64,000 bases of DNA from assembly GCA_977017645.1 (NCBI GenBank), contig OZ360238.1, forward strand, positions 54,932,001 through 54,996,000, in the 5' to 3' direction. Below the pieces are notes generated by a model, which ran no database searches, was not told where the DNA came from, and worked only from the letters and a program-made list of their open reading frames with translations. A program made the position numbers and the translations under genes. Below are positions 38,660-50,917 of this stretch, one piece after another. The DNA is from Torpedo marmorata. Lineage: Eukaryota. How positions within the stretch are numbered: the first letter of the stretch is position 1; each line of letters begins with the position of its first letter.

Positions 38660-39385
38660 CACCCTCACATTCAATCACTGAATCTCTCACCATCAATATC
38701 CTGGAGGGGTTACCATTGACCAGAAACTGAAATGGAGTAGTCATATGTACAAAGCTACAAGAGCAGGTCGAAATCCTGTGGTGAGAAACTTGCTTTTTAA
38801 CTCCCAAAAGCCTGTCCACCATCTCCAAGGCTCAAGTCAGGAGTATGAAGGAACACTCGCTCCTTGCCTGGATGGGTGCAGCTTCAACAACACTCAAGAA
38901 GCTCGACACCATCCAGAACATAGTAGCCCACTCACTCACTCCATCACTGACACACAGTAGCAGTCATTTATACGATCTACAGGCTGCTCTGCAGCAACTC
39001 ACCAAAACTCTTTAGACAATACCTTCCAAATCGTTCTACCTCTCCCAGCTAGAAGGGCAAGGGCAGCAAAAGCATGGGACCTCTACCAGCTGGAAGTTGT
39101 CTTCGAAGCCACACTCCATCCTGGCTTGGAAATATATCACTGTTCCTTCATCATTGCTGGATCAAAATCCTGGAACACACTCTGTGACAGCATTGTGTGT
39201 ACACTCAGACCTCAAGCAGTTCAAAAGTAAACACGAAAATCTGTAGACACCGTGGTTGAAGTAAAAAACACAAAAGCTGGAGAACTCAGCAGGTCAAGGC
39301 AGCTCACTAACCACCTTGTCAAGGGAAATTAGGGATGGGCAATTAAATGCTGCCTCAGCCTGTGAAGCTGTCATTCTCTGAATGA
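38660..39385 (+). mobile_element. Old CR1/L2-like LINE 3' remnant containing a pLTR fragment (39229-39297, minus strand)
   Basis: GVTIDQKLKW..ATRAG..YKAQVRS-like reading; the embedded fragment matches the reverse complement of 7455-7525. Confidence 0.6.
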
Positions 39386-41265
39386 ACTAAATAAAATCTA
39401 ATAGAGACATACAGCACAGAAATAGGCCTACAAATCCACACCAACCATCAACCATTATTTGTAGTAACCTACCAACCCGCACATCTTTGGGACTCAACTG
39501 GAACATCCGCAGTCCCACATGGTCACAAAGCGAACCCATAGTCAGGACTGAAAACAGGTCTCTAGTGACGTGAGGCTGTGACACTACCATCCACACGACT
39601 GTTCCACACGAACGTTAATTGCCATCACTGACTTCAATTGCAATTGCATTTTGAGCCGATATCTGCTGGATTGTCAGTGGTGCGGACAATGCCTCAAAGC
39701 CCAGAGAACACAAATTACTCTGCGTTCCGTTATTTACAGCCAATGACCTTAACAACGTTCATGACCAGAAATGCAGGCTGCTTGATTCCTTTAGACTGAT
39801 GTCAGTTTATAATATCAGAGACGAAAGAATGAAACCAAGGGAGTTAACTGGGAACCCAAGCAGTGTACAGTGAGTGAGCTGAAGTCTGTCCTATCAAGGC
39901 AGCACCATACATCTGAGCTGTGTCAGGGCTGTGATGCAAGACGTTCAAACTAAAATAAAGCTCATTGGAGCTGACCGCGGTGACCACTGGAACAGCAGTT
40001 TGTAAAGTCCATACCAAGACCAGCTCCATGACACCAAATGGATTGCGAACTGGTGAGAATTTAGCTGTCCATGGCAATTATTAACCCATTGCTTTATTTG
40101 AACACAAGCTGGATAGGGAAGTATAATAATTTACCTGCGCGCTTTTTGAATTTGCCAAAACCATAAAGGTTAACGTAATCAGGCATCAGTTGGTCACATG
40201 TTTCAGTAGATGAGATCAGTGGAACTGGCATGGTGCCAGGTATGGTGCAGTAATGCTATTTAGTATATGTGGGAAATGTAGAAGGCAAATAAAAGCAGCA
40301 GCTTGAGTTATTAGAGTTGTTGTGGAATGTTCAGCGTTTGTTATAAATAAAGACATTTATTTGCTTGAAAACTCAAGCAAACAGCCTGAGCTCAGAAGCC
40401 ATCAACCAGCTGTTACACAGTTCTTCTTCCCTCATGATCTCTTTCGATGCTAATTAGCAGGGGCATCGAGTGCACATTATCAACACTCCACATGCAAATT
40501 TGAAAAAGTAGCATAATAGTCCTTTGGATTTTTGCAAGGCATTTGACTTCAGTCTGAATCAATTACAATCAACAAATGAGAAACGTTGATTATGTATCAA
40601 GATGGAGATCAAACTCATTCACATAAGTGATCTTGAAAAGTGTACATAATAGGTATAGGCTTCAAGGGACTTGAGGCCATTCTTTTGCTTTGGTGTTAAA
40701 CCTACCGGTAGTTTTGTTTTCAGTTCACCATAGATCAGATGCTAACTTTTTGTTGTGATATTTTCAACTTGCAGCTGGGATGTCAAACTAGTTGCTACCA
40801 GTAAAACTGGCCGTGAACTCCTAACCTCGAACCACAATCCATAATCATAACCCATTGATTTGAAGTTTAAACATAATGCTATACATAATGCTAAACTTAA
40901 TGCTAAACTCTTGCACTGAACCCCAACCACTCACCTGAAAATCTAGATCTAAACCCTAAATATATGGGTCGGCACAACATCGAGGGCCGAAGGGTCTGTA
41001 TTGTGCTGTAGTGTTCTACGTTCTAAATCTAACCACTAAGACTATTGTGAATCCCAATCCAGAATCCTTAAATCTTACCTGTAAATGATAACCTCAAAAA
41101 TTTAATCCTAAACCCCTAACAATAAACTCTAAACCTAATTTCTACCTTCACTTTCCTCAGTTATACCCTTCAGCTCCACTGTAACCCTAGGTAAGGCTCA
41201 TGTACACTTACCACATCCATGCTGATCTTTTTGCCATTGTGCACTAATCCTATTTGCCTGCTTTA

Positions 41266-43440
41266 GTTCAAGTTTATTTATCATCTGATTGTACCAGTAC
41301 AACCCGACGAAACAGCGTTCTCCACTCCATGGTGCAAAAACAGAGCAAACACACATACAGGCATAACACACATATAGACAAATGATACATATACAGTACA
41401 CAGTACATACATACATATATTAAAATAAATATTGTTAATAAATAGTAGAATCTCTGAGAGTTCTTGTTGCAGTTCCACAGTCATTCAGCAGTCTCACTGC
41501 CCGTGGGAAGAAGCTGTTCCTCTGCATGGTGGTTCTGGCTCTGATACTTTTCTATCTCTTTCCTGACAGGAGTAGCTGGAAGATGCTGTGTGCAGGATAG
41601 TAGGGGTCCTCTCTGATTTTGCAAGCTCTCTTTAAACAACGATCACTGTAAGTCACATCAATGTGGGGGAGGGAGACCCCAGAGATTCTCTCTGCCGCTT
41701 TTATTGTCCTGTCGATTGACAGACACACTAAGATGCAGCCAGCCAGGACTCTCTTGATAGAGCATCTGGAGAAAGTTGACAGAATGGTGGCCAGTAGCCT
41801 CAGCCTTCTAAGGAAGTGCAGTCGCTGTTGCGCCTTCCTGACAAATAAGAAGACATTGTGTGTCCACAATAGGCCACTTCTTAAGTGGACTCCGAGGAAC
41901 TTGGTCCTGTGCACTCTCTCCACTACCGAGCTATTGATGTGTAGTGGAGGCTGGTCGTCCCTGGTCCTCCTGAAGTCCACAATCATCTTCTTCGTCTTGT
42001 CCACGTTGAGACTCAGGTTATTATTCTCACACCATTACATGAGATTTTTCACCTCTTCTTTGTAGTGCGACTAATCGTTGTTGCTGATTAGGCCAACTAC
42101 TGTCATGTCATCTACAAACTTGATGACTCTGTTGGAGCTGGATCTGGCATTGGGTCAATAGCATGAATAGGAGCGGGCTGAGCACATAGCTCTGAGTTGC
42201 GCCAGTGCTCAGTGTGATGGTGCTTGACATTCTGCTGCCAACCCAGACAGACTAGTGTTACAAACTCAAACCAGCAACGACAGACGACGCAATGCAAAAG
42301 TGGTAAAATTGAAAATTATATTTATTAATAACAATTAAACATATAATTTCTTAACAATTAACCCCGCTATAAACGTCTATAAACACCATTCTTATCTAAA
42401 GAGTGTGTAAAGCCCAGACCATTACAGTCTGTGCCGAACCCTCATGTAAAAATGGAAAACCTTCCCCAAAACCCCCAGGTCAGTCATAAAAATAAGTCAG
42501 TCCCAAAAATACAGTCCACAAAAATCACTCTCTATGTTCAAGGTCCAAATTCAGCTCTGTGCACTGGCATGAAGGACTTCTTAATGAACGTTGGAGAGAG
42601 AGACAATGACTGTTTAAGCTTACGAATGCTTGGCCTGCTTTTCTTCCCTGATGACTTTCCTTTTTGGTAGGTACACGAGGATTGCGATTCCAAATCAGTT
42701 TTGAATTGAGGCGTATACTTGGATCTCATAGCCTGTCTCGCTGATCACATGCCTGTTCTCCACAAAAGTTGCTTTATCTCAGTCTTTTACTGATAAAGGA
42801 TGCCATGTGCTCTTCTCCACAGCCTTTCTAGCTGGAAAAACACAAGCCTCTGGTTTTGCTGTGTTGCTCCAGCCTTTTGCAACTCCAAACTGGATGCTTT
42901 TTTGCAGAGATTTGCACCTACTTTTGCAAAAGTGCAACAAAGTATCTTTCCACAGCTTGTCTCTCTCTCTGTGTCTCTCTCTCTGAGTACAGCCAGTCCT
43001 GGGCAAGTTAACTCTTTCAGTACCTGGTCCCAGTGTGTACTCAAGACTTCATCATTCCTGCTGACCGTCCGCAGTCCAAGTGGTCAGTCATGGTCCATAA
43101 CACTAGTCTTTCCATTAGGAAGTTCAGAATCCAGTTACAGAGAGGTGTGTTGAGTTTCAGCAAGAACAGCTTCTCTACCAGCCTCTGGGGTATGTTTGTA
43201 TTAAACGCCAAGCTGAAGTCAATGAACAGCAGCCTGGCATATGAGGCATCGTTCTCCAGGTGGGTCAGGATGGAGCAGAGGTACAAGGCTATAGCATCGT
43301 CAGTGAAACAGTTCCATCTGTAGGCAAATTGAAATGGGTCCATTGCTCTGGGAGGTGCGCTTTGATACGTTCTATCACCAGACACTCGAAGCATTTCATA
43401 ATGGTGGAGGTCAGTGCCACTGGGCGGTGGTCGTTTAGGA
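41266..43440 (-). mobile_element. Rex1/Babar LINE (RT to tail) interrupted by a solo LTR
   Basis: [26 protein letters not shown]|, KFLGVHL, QQRLHFLRRL; same tail family as 12300. Confidence 0.9.
42256..43102 (-). mobile_element. Solo LTR, copy 1
   Basis: TGTTA...TAACA termini, 4-bp TSD ctag. Confidence 0.9.
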
Positions 43441-43591
43441 TCTTTGTATATCTTTTAGCTCCCTGTTGTGTAAGCAGAGTGTGGCACTTTGAATAAATTG
43501 GTAAACTTATCTGCTGTTATAACATGTTTCCAAATATAATCCAGATAAGACCATAAGATACAAGACCATAAGATATCGGAGCAGAAATTGG

Positions 43592-44453
43592 TGTGACAAA
43601 TTCAAACCTGCAGCGACAGAAGACACAATGTAAAAGGGGTAAAATTGAAATTTATATTTATTAAAGACAATTAAACATATAATTTCACAACAATTAACCC
43701 CACTATAAATGTCTATAAACACTATTCTTATCTAAAGAGTGTGTGTGTGTGTAAAGCCCAGACCATTACAGTCTGTGCCCAACCCGCATTTAAAAATGGA
43801 AAACCTTCCCCAAAATCCCCAGGTCAGTCATAAAAATAAGTCAGTCCCAAAAATACAGTCCACAAAAATTCACTCTCTATGTTCAGGGTCCAAACTCAGC
43901 TCTGTGTGCTGGCAAGAAGGACTTCTTAATGAACGTTGGAGAGAGACAATGACTGTTTAAGCTTACGAATGCTTGGCCTACTTTTCTTCTCTGATGACTT
44001 CCCTTTTGGTAGATTTACAAGGATTGCGACTCCAAATCCGTTTTGGATTGAGGCGTGTACTTGGATCTCACAGCCTGTCTCGCTGATCTCACGCCTGTTC
44101 TTCACAAAAGTTGTTTTAACTCAGGATTTTGCTGAGACAGGAGGCCATGTGCTATTCTCCCAGCCTTTTCCCCTGGGATGCACAAGCCTGGATTTTGCTG
44201 TGTTTTCCAGCCTTTGCAACTCCAAACACAACGGAACCTCAATGCTTTTTGCAGAGGTTTGCACCTGCTTTTGCAAAAGTGCAACAAAGTATCTCTCCAC
44301 AGTCTGTCTCTCTCTGGTGTCTCTCTCTCTGTGAGTACAAGAAGTCCTGGGCAAGTTAACTCTTTCAGTACCAGGTCCCAGTGTGTACTCCAAAAGACTT
44401 CATCCTTCCTGCTGACCGTCTGCAGTCCAAATGGTCAGTCATGGTCCATAACA
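43592..44453 (-). mobile_element. Solo LTR, copy 2, inserted in a CR1 tail remnant
   Basis: TGTGA...TAACA termini, 4-bp TSD ttgg; homologous to copy 1. Confidence 0.9.
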
Positions 44454-46205
44454 TTGGCCATATGGATTTCCTGGTGAAAAAGCCCATCTTTTCTGTTAAA
44501 GTCCCTTAAAATATCCCAAATATCTCCAGCACTTAACAGAATTTAAAAAAAAGATACATTATGTATCTGATTGCTGCGCTAATCTCTTTCTTTTTTAATT
44601 CTCTTTATTAATTCCATAAAATCATGGATATAACAGTTCATTCACTTTATACGTTTACAGAGAAAAAGCAAAGAAAAGCATTATCACATGTTCCATTAAT
44701 CCATCCATAACAGAGTATACATTACAGATATATATCAATTTTTTTCTTTACAATTTAGTATTATACCAATAGGTATAAAAAGAACCAAGCCACAAAAAAA
44801 AATATATAGTAATTTCATTGTAATACATTTTTTTATAAAAGCTAAAGCAATCTAAACTAGCCTACCACCTACCCCCACCCCAGAATTGCACTGACCTGTA
44901 GAGATAATATAACTTCAAAGCATGAGGAATCATAAACTCTGATAATAGTCGATAAAGGAACCCCAAATATTAGTAAATTTTAGGTTTAATTTAATATTTG
45001 AACATCTAATCTTTTCTAATGTTAAATAGGACATAAAACTTGATAGCCAATCTTCATAGATAGGAGGATTACCATCCTTCCATTTTAGCAAGATCTGTCC
45101 CCTTGCAACCAGAGAAGAAAAAGCTATCACATGTTTTTGATTATTAGTAAGATCATGATTACTAGAATAATTTATACCAAATATTGCTATAAATGGATTT
45201 GGATCTAATTGAGTAGCTAAAACCAAAGAAAGAGTGCAAAAAATTTTGTTCCAAAATCTAACTAACTTAGGGCACAACCAAAACATGTGAAATAATGTAC
45301 CTTCATGAACATTACATCTATCACACATAGATGATATATTTGATGAAAATTTAGCCAGTAAAGATTTCGAGTAATGAGCTCTGTGAACTACTTTGAATTG
45401 AATTAAATTATGTCTTGCACATAATGAAGAGGTATGGATATGGTCCAAAATATTGGACCACACTGAAGGTGAAAAAACTTCTAAAAAATCTTTTTCCCAA
45501 GCCTCCTTTATTTTATCCACATGCTGTATCACATTTTCTTTTAAAAGGTTATAAAATACTGACAATGGTTTTGGTATATCAGGAGTGATAGTAAACACCT
45601 TTTCTATGATTACTAACTTTAAATCTAAAGGAAACTCCAATCTCAAAGAATTTATAAAATTCCTAACTTGAAAGTATCTAAAATAATTGTTTCTAGATAA
45701 GTTATACTTATTAACCATCTGTTCAAAAGTAATAAAATTAGAGTCTATAAACAAGTCATTTAAATGAACATACACTGCGATCTTGCCAAATCTGGAACTC
45801 TCTATCCCCACTAGCTGGGGTAAAAAAGGTATTGAAATTTATTGTACTATCAAGCAAGAAATTAAGGAAATTATTTGCTTTTCTGAATTGGAACCATATT
45901 TTTAATGTTTGTTTAACTATCTTGTTATTAGAAATTTTGGAATATTTAAAGGGTGAAGGCATTCCTAATATGGATACTAACGAATGTTTACCTATAACCT
46001 TCATTTCTGATTTCATCCATTTAAATCTTTCTTGATAATTCTTAAAATGTATCCAAATATTAATAAATCTAATGTTAGCAGCCCAATAATAATTCCTGAA
46101 ATTAGGTAAAGCAAAACTACCCTGTGGTTTGTCATTTTGTAGTACTTCCTTTATTACTCTTGGTCTTTTACCATTCCAAATAAAAGATGAAATTAAAGAG
46201 TCTAT

Positions 46206-46770
46206 AGTGACTTCAATCCAACAAATAGTCACTTGGAGGCGAGGTGAGATACTTGTTCTTGACGCGTTTCAATTAATTTACGAACAAGTCCAATATGTTC
46301 AAAATGTTTATTAACACATGATGACTTGCAGCAATCTTCAATGACTTTAAAACTTCTTTAAATGAAATATAAACAATTCTTGATAACGATGTTTAATATA
46401 TTCCTTTAAACGATTCCTTTGACTGTGTTTAAATGTTCAATGAAACGACTTTAAACGATCCATGAAACGGTCAATGAAAGATATGGCAATCTCACTCACC
46501 CTCCTTCGTCGCCATCTTTTTCTATACTTTTTATCCCGATTCTCGCATGCTCAATGCGCATATTCCACCGCGCACACTCCACCGCGCACACTCCACCGCG
46601 CATACTGCCGTCACTTTCCAACTGCGCATGCGCCCGTTGGCACTCCCGCGCATGCGCAGAGTACTAAATAGGCCTAGCACGGCCTATCAAACACCGCGAC
46701 TCCTCCGTAACCCGCCGAGACCATCGGAGCACCACGACCAAGGTAAGTAATTAAGTTTACGGCTCTTACT
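46206..46770. other. 565-bp unclassified insertion with promoter-like motifs
   Basis: 8-bp TSD gagtctat (46198-46205 and 46771-46778); removing it restores L1 FFDQIDSLISSFIW; termini AGT...ACT. Confidence 0.85.
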
Positions 46771-47435
46771 GAGTCTATTTGATCAAAAAATACTGGAAGT
46801 GCTTGGAATACATACAAAAATTTAGGTAAAATATTCATTTTTATAATGTTTATACGACCAATTAATGACATCATTAACGGAGACCACCCTTTAGTTAAAT
46901 TTTTAACTTTATTCAATAGAGGAAGAAAATTCTCTTTATATAGGTGATCAAATTTCACTGTAATGTTAACCCCAAGATATGTTAAATATTTTTTAACTAC
47001 CTTAAAAGGAACTTGAAATCGTAGCACATGAGGTGATTTTATCACCATTAATTCGCTTTTACCTAAATTCAATTTATATCCCGATAAACTTCCAAATCTA
47101 TCCAGTAATTGTAAAATTACTGGAACAGAATTTTTAGGATCTGAAACAAACAGCAGCAGGTCATCTGCATATAATGATACTTTATTTTCCGTTCCCTCTC
47201 TTACAATGCCTGTAATATTTTCTGATTGTTTAACTGCCAATGCTAACGGTTCCAAAGCAATATCAAATAATAATGGGCTTAGTGGACATCCCTGTCTCGT
47301 CCCTCGGGATAATTTAAAAGGCAATGATTTCATTGAATTTGTAACAACTCTAACTAGTGGTGAAGCATAGATTATCTTAATCCAATTAATAAATTTTGGT
47401 CCAAAATCAAATTTCTCCAAAACCGTAAACAGGTA

Positions 47436-48505
47436 TCGTATTTGACGGCATATAGGACCGACTGGCATATTGGACCACCCCCCCCACCCCACCTTTTTTA
47501 GCGTGAGATTTCAGGAAAAAATTGTTTTTGCGTATTTACCTTCACAGCAGCAACACGTCCTCCTGCCCGCCGCACGCCGAGGCTCAGGCTGCTTCCCCCC
47601 CACCGTCCAAATGCTAATTAATTGACAGGTGTGATGGGACCTGCGGGCGCTCGAGGGTGGGAGGGAGAGAAGCCAAGACAACGGGCAAGGCCCAGGCCCA
47701 CCGTCGCGGGGAGCAGATGATCGATCGCTTGCTTTGAGGGGAGCGCTGGGCCTCGGTGATCAGGCTCCACGCTGAGCCTTTGTTCGACGCGCACGGCCCC
47801 CCGAACAGATTGAATGAGGCGCGGGTGGCAGTGATCGGGCGGGTGGCCTGTTGAGCTGAGCTTGACAGGCTGTTCGCTCACTGCCACACGCCCCCGCGCC
47901 TCATTCAATTTGCTCGATGGTTCGTGTTCGTCGAACAAAGGCTGATCATCGAGGCCCAGCGCTCCCCTCAAAGCACTGTTGGTGAGAGCGAATGGGCGGG
48001 GAGAGAACGGGCAATAGCGAGCAAACGGGCGGGGAGAGCGAACGGGCGGGGAGAGAGCGGGCGGGGGGAGAGAGCGGGCGGGGAGAGCGAACGGGCGGGG
48101 AGAGCGAACGGGCGGGGAGAGAGTGGGCGAGAGCGAGTGGGCGGGGAGAGAGCGGGTGAGAGTGAGTGGCCGGGCGGGCGGGGAGAGAGCGGGCGAGTGC
48201 GAGCGGGCGGGTGGGGAGAGCGAACGGGCAGGGAGGGAGCGGGCGAAAGCGAGCTAGCGGGCAGGTGGGGAGAGCGAACGGGAGGGAGAGAGCGAGCCTA
48301 GAAGTGAGCGGCAGCGGCGGCGAGTCCGGAAAGCACGGGCCACCCAAAGGAATGTGGTCCGCAAAGCTGCGGTCCCGCTTCCTGGACCCCACTCCGTGTC
48401 CAAAATGGCGGCACCAAAATGTCACCTTCGCGTATAAGACCCGGGGTGGTTTTTGAGGCAATTTTTTGGTAAAAAAAGGGGGGTCTTATATGCCGTCAAA
48501 TACGG
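47436..48505. mobile_element. Non-autonomous Tc1/mariner (pogo/Tigger-like) DNA transposon
   Basis: TA TSD; TIR (c/t)cgtatttgacggcatata(a/g)gac; subterminal cgtataagacc repeat. Confidence 0.92.
47985..48295. repeat. G-rich degenerate minisatellite (gggcggggagagcgaac) inside the MITE
   Basis: Read directly from sequence. Confidence 0.85.
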
Positions 48506-49560
48506 TAATTCCACTCCACCCTATCAAAGGCCTTCTCAGCATCTAATGAAATTACACTTTCAAAGGGAGTCTGCACTGGAGAATATACTATATTTAACAA
48601 CCTCCTTATGTTGTACTGTATATGTCTTCCTTTAATAAAACCTGTCTGATCTTCTGAGATAATTAAAGGCATAGTTTTTTCAATTCTTTGTGCCAATATC
48701 TTAGATAATATTTTAGTATCAACATTAAGTAAAGATTTGGGCAATATGAGGCACAGTCTAATGGGCCCTTATTCTTTTTTTATAGTTCACACAGACAGCA
48801 TCCAAAGTCAGGATTGAACCCAGGTCACTAGCACTGTGAATCAACAGCTGTGCTACTGTGCCACTGAAGTTTTGATGGAAAAGTGGACTCTCCAATGGAA
48901 GCTTGCTTCCGATTAATAGAAGGCCAGTCAACCCAAGGTCAGTGCAGGGATGGTTTGGATGGTGTTGTGATGCCTACCTTCTCTCCTGAGGCAGTGAGTC
49001 ATATTGGAGTGAAGGCCCACACCTACATTTTCTATTTATTTGCATGAGAACATGAATAATTGCATGGATTCTTCTCTGACTCACTGCCTAATTTGGAGTG
49101 GTAAACAAAAGAAGTTGCATTCTGAAAGAGTGTCTTTGATGCAGCAGAGTAAGACAAACTGAACTCTCCACCCAAATAACTATGCTCTCTTTTGTTATAA
49201 CCCTGCCATATTTAAGTGCTTTTTGGAGGAAAAATGGAATTCTCCCTTCATTCTCCCAGATTCCCATTCTCTCCAGTGGTTCATGAAGTGACAACCCTTT
49301 TCGAACCTCAGGATTGAGTCCTCAGGAGCAGCTGATGAGATACCAAAATGAAGAGAGATAAGAAGGTGGAAGGACCCATGGATTTGAAAATCCTTGGATG
49401 ATTGTCAAGGTGGCCTCTGCTGATCACATTCTGGATCCTGCCAATAATCTTCCAAATTCACAACAAAGTTGGTGCAGTGGTTGTTCATTTTTATATCTCG
49501 AACATGGAATAATAAAGAACATGTGGTTTCTGTAGAAGCAACACCAGAAGTCAGACACTT

Positions 49561-50917
49561 TTTTTTGGAATATTTTATTTTTTCATTTTTCACAAAAAGA
49601 TTAACAATTTAAACATAATCGTACAATTTCCAATTGTATACAACATTATTTTAAAATTTCCCTTCCCTCCCCCCTAACTAAAGACAGAAAAACAAAACCT
49701 AAAAAACAGAAATTACAAATAAAAGAAAAGAAAATTAAATGTACCGTCAGTGCTTACATTGCTTTTCCCATCTTTTTGGAGACGTCACACCATTAATTTG
49801 TTATACATTATGTTTTGCTGTACCTTGGAGTTTGAGTTATAACTGGGCCCCAATGTACTCCAGGTATGGTTGCCACACCTTAACAAATGTATCGTATTTA
49901 TTCCTGATATTATACGTGATTTTCTCCATGGGAACACAGCTGCGCATTTCTGTTGACCACCGAGTGATGAGAAGGGGGGAGTCGGACTTCCAAGTTATTG
50001 CTATACATTTCTTTGCCACGGACAAAGCTACCTTTACAAATTGAATTTCAAATTTAGATAATTTGTAGCTTATGTCCATTAAATTTCCTAAAAGATACAA
50101 CTCCAGGACCAGCAGAAAGTTTACCCTCGTAATTCTGGTTAGTGTATTAGATATGTCATGCCAAAAGGGGCGTACCTTTACGCAGGACCAAGTGGAGTGC
50201 AGAAAAGTTCCAGTTTCTACACCACATCTAAAACACATCTCCGATATTTCAGATTTAGACTTATGTCGTTTTTGCGGTGTAAGATATAATTGGTGTAAGA
50301 AATTATACTGGATCAGTCTGTATCTGGCATTAATAACCGCGGTCATACTATGCCTACACCAGTCTGTCCAGCAACGTTCGTGAATTGTTGTACGCAGGTC
50401 TAACTCCCACCTCTCCCTCGATCTATCTATACCTGGTTTAGGGCTTTCACTCTGTAAAACAAAGTACATTCTGGATGTAAATTTGAGTGAGTTTCCCAGT
50501 CGAAGTATCTGCCCCACCTTTCTCTCAAAAAGGATCTTAATTGGAGAAAACAGTAAAAGGTTCTATTAGACAAATCATATTTATCTCTAAGTTGTTCGAA
50601 GGACATGAGTTTTTCATTGTGATAGCAATCCTCAATATAACGAATCCCCTTTTGGTACCAATTTTCCCATATTTGGTTGCCCAGATTCATTGGTATAAGT
50701 TCATTTTGAAACAGAGGTGTATTGGGAGATATTCCATCTTTTTCTCCAATACAGTTGTTAAGTTCTTGCCAGATTTTAACTATATGCTTCAGAATGGGAT
50801 TATCTGTTCTTTTGGATATTAGCTTAGTATTCCATTTGTATAGCGTTCAGTCCAATTTGGACCCATGGAGGGGTATCACCCTTCTCAAAAAAAGTTAGAA
50901 GGAACCTCGACTGGGCT
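49561..50917 (-). mobile_element. 5'-truncated L1 related to the 13136 element
   Basis: 17-bp TSD ccagaagtcagacactt (49544-49560 and 50918-50934); ORF2 C-terminus closely similar to 19450-20590. Confidence 0.95.

Larger units (their letters stand above)
44585..48781 (-). mobile_element. 5'-truncated AT-rich L1 (second family), interrupted twice
   Basis: SLLNVDTKILSK, DAEKAFDRVEW|YLF, GTRQGCPLSP, LYADD, CDRC..H.FW.C; T-tract at ~44585. Confidence 0.92.

Noticed and set aside
42256-44453. Single TRIM or short LTR element with two LTRs
   Set aside because: Each LTR has its own different TSD, and the spacer is host Rex1/CR1 sequence with no PBS or PPT.
47618-48461. Gly/Arg-rich or Pro-rich ORFs
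   Set aside because: They are translations of the G-rich minisatellite inside a MITE.
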